This document shows positions 25,631-28,588 of a DNA stretch of 28,588 nt, piece by piece. The position numbers and the translations under genes are program-made. The notes beneath the pieces were generated by a model. The model did no database searches and had not been told where the DNA came from. It saw only the letters and a list, made by a program, of their open reading frames with translations. Each line of letters opens with the position of its first letter. Within the stretch, counting starts at the first letter, position 1. The stretch is from positions 1 through 28,588 of the IMG/VR virus record IMGVR_UViG_3300037762_000057. The stretch is one strand, 5' to 3'. This DNA comes from a virus (lineage: Duplodnaviria > Caudoviricetes).

Positions 25631-26207
25631 GCATATGAACTGCATGGTTCTCGCAGACCTCAAGATTGTCCGGTGCGTTGTTCAGCGGGTTCTCGTCCCG
25701 ATGGTGGATTTCTTCGCCTCGCAGCACTGGGCGTCCGAGCATCTGTTCGGCCACAACGATGTGCTCGAACACGTAGCCCTTGCTGTCCGCGCGTGGATGA
25801 CTCTTGTCAAGAACTTTGCGATAGCCCTTCTTGATGATCTTGCCAGTCATGTTGAAGCGACACGCGCACAGACGAGAGCAAAACTTTGCCACATCCTTTC
25901 GGAACGACGGACACAGAAACGGTTGACCGCAGTTCTGGCACTGCAGGGTAACGGCTCTGGCCGACTGTTTAGGGTTGGGCTGAATGTAGGCCCGGAGATA
26001 GTGCTTGCGGCAGAGTCCGTGTCCGAAGTGAACGGCGTCACAGTCGTCACGACTGCACAGGCGCGTGGGTGCCGCACGCTTACCTTGTTCCGCCATGGTC
26101 TTTCCGCGCTGCCAGAGGCCATAGCAGCGAGACGAGCAGAAGGTGTGCTCCATTTGTTTAGCAGACGGATGACGATCGAAGGAGCGGCGGCATTGGTCGC
26201 ATATCAC
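25560..26207 (-). CDS. HNH homing-type endonuclease with three N-terminal Zn-finger modules
   Basis: CxxC...FCSxxC twice and CS..DC...H...LC..HY. GYVFEH.VVAE..LGR...EIHH.DENPLNN..DNL is the HNH core. Confidence 0.9.
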   Translation of the reverse strand: MICDQCRRSFDRHPSAKQMEHTFCSSRCYGLWQRGKTMAEQGKRAAPTRLCSRDDCDAVHFGHGLCRKHYLRAYIQPNPKQSARAVTLQCQNCGQPFLCPSFRKDVAKFCSRLCACRFNMTGKIIKKGYRKVLDKSHPRADSKGYVFEHIVVAEQMLGRPVLRGEEIHHRDENPLNNAPDNLEVCENHAVHMLKHGRRGRLSSDSHQVSGAPLNP

Positions 26208-26213
26208 ATAGCG

Positions 26214-26222
26214 ATTTTAGCA
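26214..26222 (-). promoter_or_regulatory. Extended -10 promoter for a leaderless HNH mRNA
   Basis: Minus strand reads TGC-TAAAAT-cgctat-GTG, so the start codon is at the expected +1. No good -35. Confidence 0.55.
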
Positions 26223-26410
26223 CAGATGACGGACTGCATTACGTGACGGCGGGCATTTCAGCGTGAGTTATCAAGGCCGGAAGTAAGCGAGTAAGACCCC
26301 CTAGCGGCAGTGAGAGGAATGCGGGCCATGAACGTCTATAGAAGTAGAACGACGAGCGGAGCCGTGCCCTTGTGCACCAAAGACACGGCCCCTTGTGAGC
26401 CAAGGCAAAC

Positions 26411-26818
26411 ATGATGCCCGTGCCCACCGCCTTAGAGTTTCGGCGCGGGATGGATACGGCTGTAGAGGATCCTGTGCCACCACGCGAAGGCCGATCAACT
26501 GACGCCTCGAAACTCAGCTTCCCGTTGCCGTTGACGATTAGCGCCGTGGTGTTCGCCGTGGGCATCGGCGGTGCCGTGTGGACGATTGCCTCGGATGTGC
26601 GCGACATCGGCACACGGATCGATGGTCAAGCGGAGACGGCGCGCGTGCAGCGCGATCTCGACAAAGAACGGTTAGAACGCGCGGCTGAGAAGGGACAAGC
26701 GAATATTGACTCTCTCAAAGCCACCGTTGACGCGATTCAAAAAGACCAACGCTTGATGCAGATCGAGTTCCAGAATTTCCGTGAATCCGTCTTGAACATG
26801 CAAGGGAGACGACCATGA
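26411..26818 (+). CDS. Single-TM plus coiled-coil membrane protein (holin/spanin-like role possible)
   Basis: LTISAVVFAVGIGGAVWTI TM followed by a heptad coiled coil. Lysis region. Start uncertain. Confidence 0.65.
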   Translation: MMPVPTALEFRRGMDTAVEDPVPPREGRSTDASKLSFPLPLTISAVVFAVGIGGAVWTIASDVRDIGTRIDGQAETARVQRDLDKERLERAAEKGQANIDSLKATVDAIQKDQRLMQIEFQNFRESVLNMQGRRP

Positions 26819-27084
26819 GGCCCGACACAGTGACAGCACAGAACGGCGGCTGCCCTGAGTGCTGCTGCATTCTCGACATCTGCTGTGGGCGCGCGCAGGC
26901 CGACGAGGCGTTCGCGCAAAAGCTCGAAAAGGATCTCGGTTGCACGCCAGAAGATGCCAAGCGACACGTCGAGTGGACGCGCAAGTATTTCGCGCTGGCC
27001 CCGAAGTCGTTCGAGGCAGTGATCGCGGAGATCGTCACAATGTCGCGACAGCACCAGGCGCGCGGCGCAGCCGACAAAGAATAA
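26815..27084 (+). CDS. Small Cys-cluster hypothetical protein
   Basis: AGGGAG RBS and ATGA overlap. CPECCCILDICC motif. Confidence 0.7.
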   Translation: MRPDTVTAQNGGCPECCCILDICCGRAQADEAFAQKLEKDLGCTPEDAKRHVEWTRKYFALAPKSFEAVIAEIVTMSRQHQARGAADKE

Positions 27085-27086
27085 CC

Positions 27087-27755
27087 ATGAGCAAGCAGTT
27101 AGTGGAGCGCATCGACGCACAGCATCCGCAGTTGCTGCAGACCAACGTCGGCGCGACGTGTCACCAGTTTACGCTGCTGGTGATCGAGGCGTTGCGGGCG
27201 CAAGGGGCAGAGGCGTTTCTGATGTGCAAGTCACCGGGCGAAGGGCAGTACGTCCCGCCGGGATTTCAGCAACGCATGGTGATCGGGCTCGACGGAAGGG
27301 AGTACCTCTGCTCGGGCGTGTCGCATGACGCGATCTGGTCGGATGACCGACAGTTCGACACCATCGGATCAGCGAATGATAGCGATCAGCCCATCTTCAA
27401 CAGCGATGGACAGCGCATTCTCGGCGTCCCGACGTGGAACGAGATCCCGCAACAGTTCTGGCGTCCGAGTAATCCGCCACTGACCGAGGATGTCCCGCCC
27501 GTGCCGCCGCCTCCGCCGGTGGAATTGCACTTCCCGCCGCGGGATGCGACCGCGCGATTCTTCGCCACCCTGAATGCGTTCTATGCCGACCAGGGACGCC
27601 ATAACCGGGTCATGGACGGGGAGGATCTACACGTCGATAACGAAGGGATCTTTGTCTGGCTGGGCGAATTTCAGCGGCGGTATGTGCTGGGCGAGACGGA
27701 AGCGGAGGCGGTCGCGTCCGTGCTGGCCGATGTCGCGGCCGCGTGGCCGAAGTAG
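27087..27755 (+). CDS. Two-domain hypothetical protein with Pro linker, possibly a Cys hydrolase
   Basis: ATG 2 nt after the upstream stop. TCHQF...SHDAI...FDTI motifs and a PPVPPPPP linker. Confidence 0.65.
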   Translation: MSKQLVERIDAQHPQLLQTNVGATCHQFTLLVIEALRAQGAEAFLMCKSPGEGQYVPPGFQQRMVIGLDGREYLCSGVSHDAIWSDDRQFDTIGSANDSDQPIFNSDGQRILGVPTWNEIPQQFWRPSNPPLTEDVPPVPPPPPVELHFPPRDATARFFATLNAFYADQGRHNRVMDGEDLHVDNEGIFVWLGEFQRRYVLGETEAEAVASVLADVAAAWPK

Positions 27756-27762
27756 GCAACCC

Positions 27763-27990
27763 ATGAGCGCAGAATCCATTGTGCTGATCATCGCGGCGCT
27801 GGCCCTCGGGGCGGTGCAGATCATTACCGCGCTGAAGGTCAAGAATATCGAGCACTCGGTGAACAGTGCTGCCACGGCCTCGGTGGCGAAGATCGAGGCG
27901 CTGACCGTGTTAGTCGCGAGTCTGACGCAACAGTTAGCCGACGAAAAACAGGTCGCGGAACGGCTCGCGAAACGAAAGAAGGAACCGTAA
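27763..27990 (+). CDS. N-terminal TM plus coiled-coil small membrane protein
   Basis: SIVLIIAALALGAVQIITAL hydrophobic segment and a basic tail. Confidence 0.7.
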   Translation: MSAESIVLIIAALALGAVQIITALKVKNIEHSVNSAATASVAKIEALTVLVASLTQQLADEKQVAERLAKRKKEP

Positions 27991-28142
27991 TGCCCATCAG
28001 CCCTCTCCTGTTAATTCTCATCCTGCTCCTGTTGTTCGGCGGCGGCGGGTACTATCGCGGCGGTCCGGTCTATGCGGGCGGCGGGCTCGGGCTCGTGCTG
28101 GTGATCCTGCTCGTGCTCTATCTCGCGGGGTATCTCCGATGA
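27990..28142 (+). CDS. 50-aa two-TM protein resembling DUF3309 (absent from the ORF track)
   Basis: Own translation: MPISPLLLILILLLLFGGGGYYRGGPVYAGGGLGLVLVILLVLYLAGYLR. TAATG and ATGA overlaps on both sides. Confidence 0.8.
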   Translation: MPISPLLLILILLLLFGGGGYYRGGPVYAGGGLGLVLVILLVLYLAGYLR

Positions 28143-28420
28143 TCTTAAATCGTGAGCCCGTCGCGATCCTAAATGCCTTCCGGCTGGTGCTGCTGGCTGG
28201 GATGTCATTCGGGCTGAACCTGACAGATACGCAACTGATCGCGGTGATGACCGCGTTCGAAGCTATTCTGACGCTTCTAACGCGCTCTCAGGTGGCGCCA
28301 ACCGCAGTCGTCACGGCGGCGCTCAAGATGCCGACGGGATCAACGGTTGCCGAGGCGGTCGAGGAATCCAAGAACCCCACGGCGATCACGACGCGGAAGA
28401 TCGGCACGGTGCGCTCATGA
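28139..28420 (+). CDS. Putative holin (two TM)
   Basis: REPV...FGLNLT..Q...RSQVAP pattern with two hydrophobic helices and a charged tail. Confidence 0.7.
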   Translation: MILNREPVAILNAFRLVLLAGMSFGLNLTDTQLIAVMTAFEAILTLLTRSQVAPTAVVTAALKMPTGSTVAEAVEESKNPTAITTRKIGTVRS

Positions 28421-28588
28421 TCCTCGCAGAGGCGATTCTCCGACTGCTGGCGGCCATCATGGAGGCGTACGTCGAAGAGTTACGCCACGCCACGCCGGAA
28501 CAGGTGCAGGCGATTCTCGAGCGCCGAGAGCGCGATCTGACGCGGGTGGACAAGATCGTCGATAAGGTGTGGCCGGGTTGGCTACCGG
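28417..28588 (+). CDS. 3'-truncated hypothetical protein
   Basis: ATGA overlap. MILAEAILRLLAAIMEAYVEELRH... stays open to the window end. Confidence 0.6.
   Translation, partial: MILAEAILRLLAAIMEAYVEELRHATPEQVQAILERRERDLTRVDKIVDKVWPGWLP

Noticed and set aside
25560-26410. HNH as a group I intron ORF or an IscB/HEARO-type RNA-guided system
   Set aside because: The endolysin is complete (final DGNHYS motif present) and not split. The protein has no RuvC motifs, and I recognise no intron core or HEARO-like RNA.
1-28588. tRNA, rRNA, integrase/att site or transposase
   Set aside because: None recognisable in the window, so prophage versus free phage cannot be decided.

Overview
A GC-rich, almost entirely + strand stretch of a P22-like (short-tailed) phage or prophage. 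The host cannot be determined from sequence alone. Gene order: 1-6030 is a mosaic of small early/accessory genes (DUF1064 nuclease, Zn-finger proteins, hypotheticals). 6109-18615 holds terS, terL, portal, scaffold, P22-type coat, accessory capsid proteins and gp4-like and gp10-like tail proteins. 18615-23535 holds four ejection-type proteins, and 23610-25257 three short tail-tip proteins. 25259-end is the lysis region: an M15 endolysin, an antisense HNH gene, a possible Cys-His-Asp hydrolase and several small membrane proteins. The most unusual signal is in the early region: a family of ~65-75 bp repeats occurring as left (L) and right (R) inverted copies around unrelated small coding cores. 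Two complete L-core-R units lie at ~2397-2711 and ~4140-4535, plus orphan R copies. The repeats are translated in frame and some supply the stop/start joint. This suggests an unannotated gene-cassette system, but no cognate recombinase lies in the window. A second layer of short direct repeats brackets other gene modules. No CRISPR array, tRNA or rRNA was seen. All family assignments come from motif recognition and gene order, not database searches.
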